NCBI GenBank assembly: GCA_902496015.1
Contig: CABUZJ010000002.1
Location: forward strand, 3,307-67,306
Direction of reading: 5' to 3'
DNA: 64,000 nucleotides
DNA from: an uncultured Eubacteriales bacterium
GTDB taxonomy: Bacteria > Bacillota > Clostridia > Christensenellales > UBA1242
Shown here: in pieces, positions 31,091 to 41,410 of the stretch
How the letters are laid out: every line of letters begins with the position of its first letter
How positions within the stretch are numbered: the stretch's first letter is position 1
Position numbers and translations under genes: made by a program
The notes under the pieces: generated by a model
Database searches by the model: none
Seen by the model: the letters and a program-made list of their open reading frames with translations, nothing else
What the model was told of the DNA's origin: nothing

Positions 31091-31879
31091 TTAATTTCCA
31101 AAGATTTTATGCCAAACAACTTGTGCTAAATTTTGACCATATGGCACATGAATTTTAACTTTGCCAATTATATTTTTGTATTCAATAGGGCCAAAATATC
31201 TACTGTCGGTTGAGTTATTTCTATTATCTCCCATAACAAAATACTCATCCTCATTTAAAGTATAAGAAAATGTTTCACCCATTGTCAACTTTTTGGCTAA
31301 CTCGTTATAAAAAGAATAGGCTTCAATATCTGTTCCATAACCAATTAAAAATTCCATGTCTTCTTTAATGTAATCTTCAATTAATAATTCATCATTAATG
31401 TAAACATTATACTTAATGTAAAGTTTTCCATTATTTCCAGTGTAAACATTGCCTGATGTAGCAAAAGATATAGTTTGCCCCGGAAGTCCAATAACTCGTT
31501 TTATAATAGAGTGATTATCTGTTGAGTAAGATGCATTAATTATTATAATATCTTTATAATTAATTTCATTTCTCGTTACAGGTTGGTAATACACGGTATC
31601 GGTGTTAATTGTTCCATTTAAACCTATTGCTTGTGAATTTATAGTTGGTTGCATACTATATCCTGCAACCATTATAGGTTTAAAAATAACTTGAAAAATG
31701 CATGTAAAAATAATAAAACAAGCCCCAAACAATGCCATTAGCATTAAAATAAATTTAAATGCACGGCCTTGAATAAAAGGATTTGTTAACACTTGTTCCT
31801 GCTCTGATTGGTTATCTGCATTAAAATTATTATCGTAGTTTAAATTATTATTATTCACTATTAACTCCAATAAAAACAT
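31091..31879 (-). CDS. lepB: signal peptidase I
   Basis: GYSMQPTI (catalytic Ser), IKRVIGLPG (catalytic Lys), GDNRNNSTDSRYFG. The start is uncertain. GTG at 31858 has a GGAG SD 6 nt upstream. A TGtTATAAT element overlaps the ATG at 31879. Confidence 0.85.
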   Translation of the reverse strand: MFLLELIVNNNNLNYDNNFNADNQSEQEQVLTNPFIQGRAFKFILMLMALFGACFIIFTCIFQVIFKPIMVAGYSMQPTINSQAIGLNGTINTDTVYYQPVTRNEINYKDIIIINASYSTDNHSIIKRVIGLPGQTISFATSGNVYTGNNGKLYIKYNVYINDELLIEDYIKEDMEFLIGYGTDIEAYSFYNELAKKLTMGETFSYTLNEDEYFVMGDNRNNSTDSRYFGPIEYKNIIGKVKIHVPYGQNLAQVVWHKIFGN

Positions 31880-32192
31880 TATAACATAATAATTTTATGC
31901 CAGCAAACAAATTAAAACCAGCTTTTTTGATTAGAAAAATAAATTTAGACAATATATTACAAAATAGAGCTCTTAATAAAATGTTGCAAAAAGTTGTAAA
32001 TAGTGATAATATATCATTATAACAATATACAACTTGCGTCATTAGTTAAATTAAATAAAGTGCTGGACTTAGATCGCATTGCAAGGGGTTTAATAATCCC
32101 CTATAAAAAATTTTATAAATATAAATTTTCGTTGCTTAAATATAAAATTGTGGAAACATATTTTATTGTTCGACTCTTAGATTTATTATTCT

Positions 32193-32269
32193 GCTCCTGT
32201 AGCTCAGATGGATAGAGCACGAGTCTTCGAAACTCGGTGTCGCACGTTCGAGTCGTGTCAGGAGCACCA
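32193..32269 (+). tRNA. tRNA-Arg (anticodon UCG)
   Basis: Cloverleaf folded by hand. Acceptor GCTCCTG/CAGGAGC. Anticodon stem CGAGT/ACTCG with loop CTTCGAA. T-arm GCACG-TTCGAGT-CGTGT. Encoded CCA. Confidence 0.9.
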
Positions 32270-32348
32270 TAAAACTCTTTATTTTGCGTTAGTTTTGTTA
32301 TAAATAAAGGTTTCAGCAAGTTCCCGAGCCGTTTTCACGGCGAACGCC

Positions 32349-32379
32349 AAGCAAGTCATAAAGTGACTTGCTTATTTTT
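32349..32379 (+). terminator. intrinsic terminator after tRNA-Arg
   Basis: 10-bp stem AAGCAAGTCA (32349-32358) / TGACTTGCTT (32364-32373), followed by ATTTTT. Confidence 0.65.
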
Positions 32380-32961
32380 GCTTAGCTAAATTTTTTCTTT
32401 ATGGCAAAAAACTAAGAAAGATAAAAATCTTAATTTAAGTTTTACATTTTAATCACATAAATTAACATCTTTTTTAATAACATTGTTAAACAATGGTTAT
32501 TTTCTACAAATTTTCTAAAAATTTTTTACAAATATGTTTAAGAACCTATTTATCAATGCAATAAAAACGCCTAGTGTCGTAAAGTGTTTATTTGCAATAT
32601 TTTTGCAAATTAAAAATAGCATAAATAATATATAATGATATCAATTATATTTTTATTTTCTATAATGTTTTTTTATAAAATAAGATTAAATTATTGTCTT
32701 CCATTATACTTGTTACAAACTCAGTATAGCCAAAATGCCGATAAATAAATAAATTAAAAAATTTTTATATGATATTTATATATTAAATTTGATATACAAA
32801 AACTTAATCCACAGCAGTTGGGTAATTGCCAGTTTGAAACCAGATTTAGGGGTTAAATCCATTGTGACCCACCATTTAATTTAAAAACTAAATGTGAAAA
32901 AGTAAGAAAATAATAATTTAAATTAATAAAAAAGTGCAACTTTATTTTATATTTTGCACTT

Positions 32962-33444
32962 TTATTTTATATAATTTAAAATTTTGCTAAATGCATTTAT
33001 AAGTTCTTGTTCGTTGATTGCACAATTTGCAGGGCTTGTTGAGGGAAGGTAGGTACTTGTTAAAATTGTGTAAACATTCAATAGTTTTGTGGCAGTTTTA
33101 CCAAGTGTAAAGATTTTTATGTTAGGATTTTTATTGATAATAATATTTAAGTTATTTGGGCTAACATCTTTAATTGTTGCATCTTGTGAATTTATTATTG
33201 AACAAGAATGCACAACATCCCAAAGTGCAATATTATTTTCTAAAAGCATGTTTATTTTTTGGGAATTTGTTTGAGGAAAAGGGTAATTTAAAATTTTAGA
33301 TAAAACTTTCCAAAATCTATTTTGTGGATGACTATAATACATGTTTGCATTTCTTGATGCAACTGATGGAAAACTACCAAGCAATAGAACTTTGCAGTTA
33401 TTATTGTATATGGGATTTAATCCTGTAATAATTTTTTTGTTCAT
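32962..33444 (-). CDS. DNA-deoxyinosine (hypoxanthine) glycosylase, UDG superfamily
   Basis: LLLGSFPSVASR...YYSHPQNRFWKVL matches the family-6/TIGR04274-type motif as I remember it. No SD before the ATG. Confidence 0.6.
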   Translation of the reverse strand: MNKKIITGLNPIYNNNCKVLLLGSFPSVASRNANMYYSHPQNRFWKVLSKILNYPFPQTNSQKINMLLENNIALWDVVHSCSIINSQDATIKDVSPNNLNIIINKNPNIKIFTLGKTATKLLNVYTILTSTYLPSTSPANCAINEQELINAFSKILNYIK

Positions 33445-33477
33445 ATTTAATAGAATTATTTTTAATTTTTAGAGTAT

Positions 33478-33924
<447 letters not shown>

Positions 33925-34113
33925 AATAAAAACTCCTTGAGAACATAAACATTATAACAATGTTTGATTTTAATTTCAATATGATTATAAATTTTTGTTA
34001 TTTAAAATAAATAATTATTAATAAATTTATTAAAATTATATTTTTATAACTTTTTAAACTTTAATGTTTAATTTCAGTAGATTGTTGTATTATTGTAAAT
34101 AAAATATTAAAAT

Positions 34114-34140
34114 AAAAAAACCACCGTTTGGTGGTTTTTT
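34114..34140 (-). terminator. intrinsic terminator of cls
   Basis: CCACC (34121-34125) / GGTGG (34130-34134), with a flanking A/T-run immediately after the cls stop. Confidence 0.6.
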
Positions 34141-35665
34141 ATAATAAAGGGGAAAACAAATTTAAAATTGAGCAAATAACTCTAGTTAAAAAGCCTTGTT
34201 TTGCGTTTTCTTTGGTTTTGAGTTGTGAAACGGCAAGAGTATTAGTTAAGTCTAGTTTTATTTGATTAATAGAACTTGTTTTATATAGCCAAACACCATT
34301 TTCAAAATGATGGACTAAACTGCGATAGTCTAAATTAATAGTTCCAACAATTGCAACTTCATCGTCACTTAATATTAATTTGCTATGAATAAAACCAGGT
34401 GTGTATTCATAAATTTGAACGCCAGCTTCAAGTAAGGGCATATAGTTAAACCGAGTGAGAAGAAATACTGTTTTTTTATCGGGGATGTGTGGAGTTATAA
34501 TTTTAACATCAACTCCGCGCATACTGGCATTTCTTAAAGCGTTTAAAAGCAAATAGTCAATTATTAAATATGGAGTAGTGATATATACATATTTTTTTGC
34601 GGAATTTATTATGTTTAAATAAGCATTTTCACCAACTGCTTCAGGATAAAGAGGATTAGGTCCATCGCCAAAAGTGAAGACAATTCCGTCTGTTTGAATT
34701 GGGTTTAGTGATTTAGGTAAATAGTTTTCAACATTTTCTTGTTTTTTATTCCAAACGGAATAGTTTTGTAAAAACATTATAGTCATGTTTTTAACATCTT
34801 CACCTTCAAGTCTAATACCGCCATCTTTCCAATGCCCAAGTTTATTTACTTCATTAATATATTCATCAGCAAGATTAACTCCACCAGTATACCCAATTGA
34901 ACCATCAATAATTACTAACTTTCTGTGGTCACGGTTATTATGCACGGCTGTCATTATTGGTTTGAAACGATTAAATTTTACGCAATTTATTCCCATTTTC
35001 CTTAGTTTTTTATAATAGTTGCCTTTAACTTTGGTAATAGAGCCAATATCGTCATAAAGCATTTTAACTTCAACACCATTTTTCACTTTTTCTTTTAATA
35101 TTTTAAGGATACTGTTAAACATTACTCCTTGTTCTATAATAAAGAATTCAAGAAAGATAAAGTGTTTTGCATTTCTTAAATCAATTAGTAAATTTTCAAA
35201 GTATTCTTCACCAGTGGCTAAATATTTACTATGTGTGTTTGTGTGAGCAAAAAGGGCATTAGTGCGTGCTAAATACATTATTTCACCTAATCGGTTTTTC
35301 CCTATTTCTAAAACTTCTTTTTTGTTAGTATTTGCTATTGAAAGTTCAATTCCATGCTTTGCAATATGATAATATTTTTTCTGGGTTTTACGGCTAAGTT
35401 TGTTCTGCGAAAATAAAATATAAAGCACAACACCAACAATGGGGAAAATTAAAACAATAACTAACCAACCAATTTTAAGTGAAGGATTAGAAGATTTGTT
35501 TATTATTTTTAAAAGAATTAAAAATGCCAGAACAGAAGCAACAATTTGATAGTAAATAAAATATTCAGTAAATGAAAAAATAAAAACAAACAATAAAACT
35601 AATTGGGCAATTATTGCAAGCCCAACAAATGTAAATCTTGAAAATATAAATTTTAATATACTCAT
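34139..35665 (-). CDS. cls: cardiolipin synthase
   Basis: N-terminal TM helices and two PLD HKD motifs (HRKLVIIDG; HSKLILSDD). Confidence 0.9.
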   Translation of the reverse strand: MSILKFIFSRFTFVGLAIIAQLVLLFVFIFSFTEYFIYYQIVASVLAFLILLKIINKSSNPSLKIGWLVIVLIFPIVGVVLYILFSQNKLSRKTQKKYYHIAKHGIELSIANTNKKEVLEIGKNRLGEIMYLARTNALFAHTNTHSKYLATGEEYFENLLIDLRNAKHFIFLEFFIIEQGVMFNSILKILKEKVKNGVEVKMLYDDIGSITKVKGNYYKKLRKMGINCVKFNRFKPIMTAVHNNRDHRKLVIIDGSIGYTGGVNLADEYINEVNKLGHWKDGGIRLEGEDVKNMTIMFLQNYSVWNKKQENVENYLPKSLNPIQTDGIVFTFGDGPNPLYPEAVGENAYLNIINSAKKYVYITTPYLIIDYLLLNALRNASMRGVDVKIITPHIPDKKTVFLLTRFNYMPLLEAGVQIYEYTPGFIHSKLILSDDEVAIVGTINLDYRSLVHHFENGVWLYKTSSINQIKLDLTNTLAVSQLKTKENAKQGFLTRVICSILNLFSPLL

Positions 35666-35769
35666 TTATCTTCTTCGCTTCACTGGTATTATATTAAAAT
35701 AATATCATATAATCTTATTATGTGCAAATTCTTTAATAAAGATAAATGTTTCATATTTTTTTAAATTAA

Positions 35770-35803
35770 TTGACAAAAACATAACAATAAGTTAGAATTC
35801 TAA
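35770..35803 (+). promoter_or_regulatory. promoter of the MarR-ABC operon with a palindromic operator candidate
   Basis: TTGACA (35770-35775), 17 nt, TAGAAT (35793-35798). A perfect 12-bp palindrome TTAGAATTCTAA (35792-35803) covers the -10. Confidence 0.6.
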
Positions 35804-35826
35804 TTATTGAATTAATGAGGTGTCTT

Positions 35827-36303
35827 ATGGATGAAAATAGCAGTTTGCTTTTAAGCAAATTTATGTTTGAAAGCCGAAGAAAATTGAATTTATTTACATC
35901 TAATTATAATATTACTGGTAAGCAATCAAGAATATTACATTATATTTATGAAGAGAGTTTAACAAAAGAGATTAATCAAAAAGAAATTGAAAAGGCTTTT
36001 GGCATAAGGGGGGCATCGGTTACAAGTATTTTGCAAACTCTTGAAAAGAAAAAGTTAATTGCAAGAAAAGAAAGTAAAATTGATGCAAGAAGAAAAATTT
36101 TAACAGTTACAAGTAAAGGCAAAGAAGTTTATTTTAATATTAGGGCAAAAATTGAAGCATTTGAAAAAATTATGTTTTGTGGAATAAGTGAAAATGAAGT
36201 TGAAGCATTAATAAAAACTGTTAAGAAAATATTAAAAAACTTAGTTGCTTGCACGGTAGATAATAAAACTGAATATGATTTAATTGAGGTTAGCGATGAA
36301 TAG
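35827..36303 (+). CDS. MarR-family transcriptional regulator
   Basis: Winged-helix segment QKEIEKAFGIRGASVTSILQTLEKKKLIARKESKIDARRK. SD GAGG 6 nt upstream of this ATG. Confidence 0.8.
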   Translation: MDENSSLLLSKFMFESRRKLNLFTSNYNITGKQSRILHYIYEESLTKEINQKEIEKAFGIRGASVTSILQTLEKKKLIARKESKIDARRKILTVTSKGKEVYFNIRAKIEAFEKIMFCGISENEVEALIKTVKKILKNLVACTVDNKTEYDLIEVSDE

Positions 36304-38056
36304 ATATTTCAAAAATATAAAACCAGTTGAATGGATAATGATGATTTTTAGTGTAGTTTTTATTGTGGGGCAAGTGTGGCTAGATTTAAAATTGCCAGAT
36401 TATATGAGTGAAATAACCATGCTTGTTCAAACTGAAGGTAGCACAATAAGTCAAATTTTAACATCGGGTGGATACATGCTTCTTTGTGCACTTGGTAGTG
36501 CTTTATTAAGCGTAATTGTTGGATTTTTTGCTGCTAAAATTTCTGCAATGATAAGTTTAAGGTTAAGAGACGAAGTTTATAGTAAGGTTTCAAGTTTTGG
36601 CCCGCAGGAAATTAAAAAATTTAGCACAGCAAGTTTAATTACTCGTTCAACAAATGATGTTAGGCAAATTGGACAAGTTGTTGCACTTGGTCTTCAAGTT
36701 ATGATAAAGGCACCTATTCTTGCAGTGTGGGCTATTATAAAAATTTTGGGAAAAAGTTGGCAGTGGTCGGTTGCAACTGCTATTGCAGTTGTTCTTTTAA
36801 TTCTTATGTTATCACTTATTACAATATTTGTTATGCCAAAATTTAGAAAAATTCAAACTCAAACGGATACATTAAATAGGGTTACACGGGAAAATTTGCT
36901 TGGTCTAAGAGTTGTGCATGCATTTAATGCAGAAGAGTATCAGCAAAATAAATTTGAAGAAGCAAACCGTGATTTAACAAAAACGCATTTATTTACACAA
37001 AGAGTAATGAGCATTGTTAGCCCAGCAATGAATATGATTATGAATGGGCTAAATCTTTCAATTTATGTAATTGGTGCATTTTTAATTCAAAGCGCAGGAA
37101 CTGTGAGCAAAATGACGCTGTTTAGCGATATGGTTGTTTTTTCTGCATATGCAATGCAAGTAGTTATGGCTTTTATGATGATTGCTATCATATTCGTTAT
37201 GCTCCCAAGAGCAGTAGTTAGCGGAAAGCGTATTAGTGAAGTATTAAACACAAATCCAGAAATTGTTGGGGGTGAATTCGACGGAAGGACACAAGAAAAA
37301 GGGACTATTGAATTTAAAAATGTAAGTTTTAAGTATCCTGATGCAAGTGAATATGTGTTAAAAGATGTTTCATTTAAAGCAGAAAAGGGGCAAATTATTG
37401 CATTTATTGGTTCAACTGGTAGTGGTAAAAGCACACTAATTAATCTTGTGCCAAGATTTTATGATGCAACAAGTGGTCAAGTGTTAGTTGATAATGTTGA
37501 TGTGAAAGATTATAAACTTGAATGTTTATATGATAAACTTGGATATATTAGTCAAAAGGCTGTTATGTTTTCAGGAACTATTGAAAGCAACATTACAATG
37601 GGACTTGTTAACGGGCAAAAACCAAATGAAGAAGATTTAAATAAAGCATTAGATTTAGCTAAGGCTAGTGAATTTGTTAAAACTAAGCAAAATGGTGTTA
37701 AGGCAGAAATTACACAAGGCGGAACCAATGTTAGTGGAGGACAAAAACAAAGGCTTTCTATTGCTCGTGCTCTTGCAAGAAAACCCGAAATTTTAATATT
37801 TGATGATAGTTTTTCAGCACTAGATTATAAAACTGATAAAGAATTAAGAACTAATCTTAGAGAAAAGTTAAGTGAAACCACTTGTTTAATTGTTGCACAA
37901 AGAATTGGAACCATTGCTAATGCTGATAAAATAATTGTGCTAGATAATGGTGAAGTTGTTGGGCAAGGAACCCATGAGGAATTACTTAAAAATTGTGAAG
38001 TGTATAAGCAAATCGCATTAAGTCAGTTATCTAAGGAGGAACTTGCAAATGGCTAA
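36296..38056 (+). CDS. ABC transporter permease/ATP-binding protein (type I exporter half-transporter)
   Basis: 6-TM domain, then GSTGSGKST Walker A, VSGGQKQRLSIARAL signature, ILIFDDSFSALD Walker B. Confidence 0.9.
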   Translation: MNRYFKNIKPVEWIMMIFSVVFIVGQVWLDLKLPDYMSEITMLVQTEGSTISQILTSGGYMLLCALGSALLSVIVGFFAAKISAMISLRLRDEVYSKVSSFGPQEIKKFSTASLITRSTNDVRQIGQVVALGLQVMIKAPILAVWAIIKILGKSWQWSVATAIAVVLLILMLSLITIFVMPKFRKIQTQTDTLNRVTRENLLGLRVVHAFNAEEYQQNKFEEANRDLTKTHLFTQRVMSIVSPAMNMIMNGLNLSIYVIGAFLIQSAGTVSKMTLFSDMVVFSAYAMQVVMAFMMIAIIFVMLPRAVVSGKRISEVLNTNPEIVGGEFDGRTQEKGTIEFKNVSFKYPDASEYVLKDVSFKAEKGQIIAFIGSTGSGKSTLINLVPRFYDATSGQVLVDNVDVKDYKLECLYDKLGYISQKAVMFSGTIESNITMGLVNGQKPNEEDLNKALDLAKASEFVKTKQNGVKAEITQGGTNVSGGQKQRLSIARALARKPEILIFDDSFSALDYKTDKELRTNLREKLSETTCLIVAQRIGTIANADKIIVLDNGEVVGQGTHEELLKNCEVYKQIALSQLSKEELANG

Positions 38057-39896
38057 AAGTTTAAGCAGAAATAATGGTGCAAGGGGACCAATGGGTGGCG
38101 GTCCAAGAATAGCAGAAAAACCAAAGAATTTTAAAGCGTCTATGATTAAACTTACCAAAAGTTTAAAGGGTAATTATATTGCAATAATCATATCACTTTT
38201 ATTTGCAATTGCTGGAACAATTTTAACAATTATCTCGCCAAATATTATTAAAGAATTAACTAACACAATAACAAAGGCAATACCAATTTTGGTAAATGGA
38301 GTTTATGTTAATGTTGGCGTTAATATTGATATTACAGCCATTATTAATTTAACCATAATTTTAGTTGTTTTTTATGTGGCAAGTTTCATTTTTTCTTATG
38401 TTCAGGGGCTTATTATGTCAACTGTAACACAAAGAATTTCTAAAAAAATGAGAAGCGATATATCTTTAAAAATAAATAGATTGCCGTTTAATTTTATAGA
38501 TAGAACTAGCCATGGTGATATTTTGAGCAGGGTAACAAATGATGTTGATACTATTTCTCAAACACTAAGTTCAAGCATTACTACATTAGTTAGTAGTGTT
38601 ATAATGCTAATAGGTTCAATTATTATGATGTTTGCAACAAACTGGATAATGGCACTTTCTGCCATGGGTGCTTCTGTTATTGGTTTTATGATTGTATCTG
38701 TTATAATGATAAAATCACAAAAGTATTTTATTATGCAACAAAATAGTTTGGGCGACATTAATGGACATATTGAAGAAAGTTATAGCGGGCATAATATCAT
38801 AATGGTTTCTAATGCTTTAAAAGAAGATAAGAAAGAATTTGATAAGTTTAATAATGCGCTATATAAAAGTGGTTGGAAATCTCAGTTTTTGTCGGGGCTA
38901 ATGATGCCAGTTATGAACTTTATTGGAAATTTTGGTTATGTGGTTGTATGCGTTGTGGGGGCAATGCTTACAATATCTGGTAAAATTGACTTTGGCGTTA
39001 TTGTGGCTTTCATGATTTACGTTAGATTGTTTACTAATCCGTTAACTCAAATTGCACAGGCAACGACAAACTTGCAGTCTACTGCGGCAGCTAGTGAAAG
39101 AGTATTTGAATTTTTGGAAGAAAAAGAACTTGAAAACGAAGACAACAAAACCATTAAATTAAAAGAAGTTTTAGGTAATGTTGAATTTAAGCATGTTAAA
39201 TTTGGATACAACAAGAATAAAATGATTATAAATGACTTTTCGTCTGTAATTAGTGCTGGTCAAAAAGTAGCAATAGTTGGTCCAACAGGAGCAGGGAAAA
39301 CCACACTCGTAAATTTACTTATGAGATTTTATGAGGTTGTAGATGGTGATATATTAATTGATGGCGTAAGCATAAAAAACATGAGCAGAGATTATGTGCA
39401 TAACTTATTTGGAATGGTATTACAAGACACATGGTTATTTGAGGGCACAGTTAGAGAAAATATTGTATATAATCAACAAAATGTATCTGATGAACAAGTA
39501 ATTAAGGCGTGCAAGGCCTGTGGGTTACATCATTTTATAATGACACTTCCACAAGGATATAACACAGTGCTAGATGATAACACATCAATTTCAGCAGGAC
39601 AAAAACAATTACTCACAATTGCTAGGGCAATGATTCAAAATGCACCAATGCTTATTTTAGATGAAGCAACAAGTTCGGTAGACACAAGAACCGAAGTGCT
39701 GATTACTAATGCAATGGATAAGCTTACACATGGTAGAACAAGTTTTGTTATTGCTCACAGATTATCTACCATTAAAAATGCAGATTTAATTTTAGTTATG
39801 CAAAATGGTGATATTGTTGAAAGCGGAAACCATGAACAACTTTTGGCAAAAAATGGGGCATATGCAACTCTTTATAATTCTCAGTTTGAAGAATAA
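38049..39896 (+). CDS. ABC transporter permease/ATP-binding protein (partner half-transporter)
   Basis: GPTGAGKTT, ISAGQKQLLTIARAM, LILDEATSSVD. The ATG sits behind AAGGAGG and overlaps the upstream stop (ATGGCTAA). Confidence 0.9.
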   Translation: MAKSLSRNNGARGPMGGGPRIAEKPKNFKASMIKLTKSLKGNYIAIIISLLFAIAGTILTIISPNIIKELTNTITKAIPILVNGVYVNVGVNIDITAIINLTIILVVFYVASFIFSYVQGLIMSTVTQRISKKMRSDISLKINRLPFNFIDRTSHGDILSRVTNDVDTISQTLSSSITTLVSSVIMLIGSIIMMFATNWIMALSAMGASVIGFMIVSVIMIKSQKYFIMQQNSLGDINGHIEESYSGHNIIMVSNALKEDKKEFDKFNNALYKSGWKSQFLSGLMMPVMNFIGNFGYVVVCVVGAMLTISGKIDFGVIVAFMIYVRLFTNPLTQIAQATTNLQSTAAASERVFEFLEEKELENEDNKTIKLKEVLGNVEFKHVKFGYNKNKMIINDFSSVISAGQKVAIVGPTGAGKTTLVNLLMRFYEVVDGDILIDGVSIKNMSRDYVHNLFGMVLQDTWLFEGTVRENIVYNQQNVSDEQVIKACKACGLHHFIMTLPQGYNTVLDDNTSISAGQKQLLTIARAMIQNAPMLILDEATSSVDTRTEVLITNAMDKLTHGRTSFVIAHRLSTIKNADLILVMQNGDIVESGNHEQLLAKNGAYATLYNSQFEE

Positions 39897-39904
39897 TAGA
39901 TATA

Positions 39905-39936
39905 AAAAGCCACTATTAGATTAGTGGCTTTTTTAT
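39905..39936 (+). terminator. intrinsic terminator of the ABC operon
   Basis: AAAAGCCACTA (39905-39915) / TAGTGGCTTTT (39922-39932), followed by a T-run. Confidence 0.7.
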
Positions 39937-40031
39937 TTTATTTTACTTAAATTTTATAACTGATTGATTATAATTGACAAATTTTGGAAAGAATTAGTAA
40001 ACTATAAAAAACGATAAAAGGAGAAAACAAA

Positions 40032-41090
40032 ATGAAAAAACAAGTAAAAGTATTTCAAGTTGGTTGTGGCAAAATGGCAGAATATACTATGCGTTATGTT
40101 TATGAAAAGGGCGGTGTAATAGTTGGCGGTGTTGATGTTAATCCTGAGGTTGTTGGCAAAGATATTGGATTTGTGATGAACACAAAAAATATGGGCGTTA
40201 AAATTAGTAATGCACAAGATTTAGAAAAAGAATTAAAACGCACTAAACCAGATGTTGCAATTGTTACAACCATGAGTTTAATGAACGATTTATATGAAAC
40301 CTTGCTTACTTGTGCAAAATGTGGTGTTAATGCTATCACTACTTGTGAAGAAGCATTTTATCCATGGAATAGTAATGAAAAACTTACTAAAAAGTTAGAT
40401 AAAGTTGCAAAAGAAAATAATTGCACAATAACCGGAAGTGGCTACCAAGATATTAGTTGGGGGCAATTAATATCTAGTCTTTGCGGAACAACGCAAACAG
40501 TGAAAGTTATTCGTGGTAGAAGCAGTTATAATGTTGAAGATTATGGCATTGCACTTGCTAAGGTGCATGGTGCAGGGTTGCCATTAGATAAATTTGAAAG
40601 CGAAATTGCAAGTGTTGATAACATTAGCGATGAACAAAGGCAAGAAATTATTAAAAAAGGTGAATATTCACCATCTTACATGTGGACTGTTAATGGTTGG
40701 CTTTGTGCTAAATTAGGGCTTACTGTTACAAGGCAAACTCAAAAATGTGTTCCACAAACATATAAAAAAGATCTTATTAGCAAAACTCTTAACATGAAAA
40801 TACCTAAGGGATATGCAACGGGAATGAGTGCTGTGGTTACCACTGAAACAAAAGAAGGCATAAAACTTATAACTGAATGCATTGGCAAAGTTTATGGCCC
40901 AGATGAATGCGATTTCAATGAGTGGACTATTGAAGGCGAACCAAACACAACAATGGTGATAAATCGACCATCAACAGTTGAAATGACTTGTGCTTCAATA
41001 GTGAATAGAATTCCAGATTTAATTTCAGCTCCTGCGGGATATGTAACAACAGATAAAATGGGCGAGCTAAATTATGTAATTAAATTTTAA
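40032..41090 (+). CDS. NAD(P)-binding oxidoreductase, DapB-N-like / 2,4-diaminopentanoate dehydrogenase-type family (tentative)
   Basis: N-terminal Rossmann VFQVGCGKMAEY...VGGVD. The size and GSGYQD block resemble the amine-dehydrogenase/DapB-like family. This call is from memory only. Confidence 0.45.
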   Translation: MKKQVKVFQVGCGKMAEYTMRYVYEKGGVIVGGVDVNPEVVGKDIGFVMNTKNMGVKISNAQDLEKELKRTKPDVAIVTTMSLMNDLYETLLTCAKCGVNAITTCEEAFYPWNSNEKLTKKLDKVAKENNCTITGSGYQDISWGQLISSLCGTTQTVKVIRGRSSYNVEDYGIALAKVHGAGLPLDKFESEIASVDNISDEQRQEIIKKGEYSPSYMWTVNGWLCAKLGLTVTRQTQKCVPQTYKKDLISKTLNMKIPKGYATGMSAVVTTETKEGIKLITECIGKVYGPDECDFNEWTIEGEPNTTMVINRPSTVEMTCASIVNRIPDLISAPAGYVTTDKMGELNYVIKF

Positions 41091-41098
41091 AAATAGAA

Positions 41099-41183
41099 TT
41101 TTGGCTTATTAGTTTTGTAATAAATGAGAAAAAGAACTCTACTAATTTTGTAGTGTTCTTTTTTATTTTGCGAGTTTCAAATT
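41099..41183 (+). repeat. left copy of an ~80-bp imperfect direct repeat (contains a terminator-like hairpin)
   Basis: TTTTGG...AATGAGAAAAAGA..ACTA.TTTTGTAGTGTTCTTTTTTATTTT...TTTCAAATT recurs at 43611-43687. Hairpin AGAACTCTAC/GTAGTGTTCT plus a T-run. Confidence 0.7.
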
Positions 41184-41364
41184 GTGGTGACTTTTGTATA
41201 GCCGTTTTTATTGAATATTTTGAGAGAATGAAATAACATAAGTAATTTTAAATTTTAAACAATATTATTTATATCATAATAACTAGAAACTAAACATTAC
41301 AATTTTATAATAAAGTTCAAATTTTCTTATTAGTTTTTTATTTAAAAGGGTTATTTTATTGATA

Positions 41365-41393
41365 TTGACTAAATTTGTTTTGTATGTTAATCT
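41365..41393 (+). promoter_or_regulatory. promoter of the 2-gene LRR cassette
   Basis: TTGACT (41365-41370), 17 nt, TGtTAATCT (hexamer 41388-41393). Confidence 0.45.
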
Positions 41394-41410
41394 TTATTAG
41401 AGGTAATTAT

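Noticed and set aside
31851-32319. ORFs 31851-32042 (minus), 32003-32215 (plus) and 32113-32319 (minus) around tRNA-Arg.
   Set aside because: They overlap or run antisense to the tRNA gene and its promoter region. They have no SD and no recognisable protein features.
32319-32348. GC-richer hairpin GCCGT-TTTC-ACGGC after tRNA-Arg, considered as part of an SRP/4.5S-like or other small RNA.
   Set aside because: No SRP domain IV motifs (GGAA tetraloop, AGCA/GNAR loops) are present. Together with the following 10-bp hairpin plus T-run, it is adequately explained as the 3' trailer and terminator of the tRNA transcript.
32635-32748. 37-aa hydrophobic-N-terminus ORF (MISIIFLFSIMFFYKIRL...) in the gene desert, considered as a type I toxin-like peptide.
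   Set aside because: There is no SD. The nearest -10-like hexamers overlap rather than precede the ATG. Hydrophobic Ile/Phe/Leu-rich translations arise by chance in T-rich DNA. No antisense RNA signal is discernible.
32815-32874. Possible tRNA or tmRNA gene ending in ...GTGACCCACCA.
   Set aside because: No complementary 5' acceptor strand (GGGTCAC) is present. No proper T-stem pairs with AGGGG. No D or anticodon arm can be folded. No tmRNA 5' end lies within 400 nt upstream. At best it is a decayed fragment (see the gene-desert finding).
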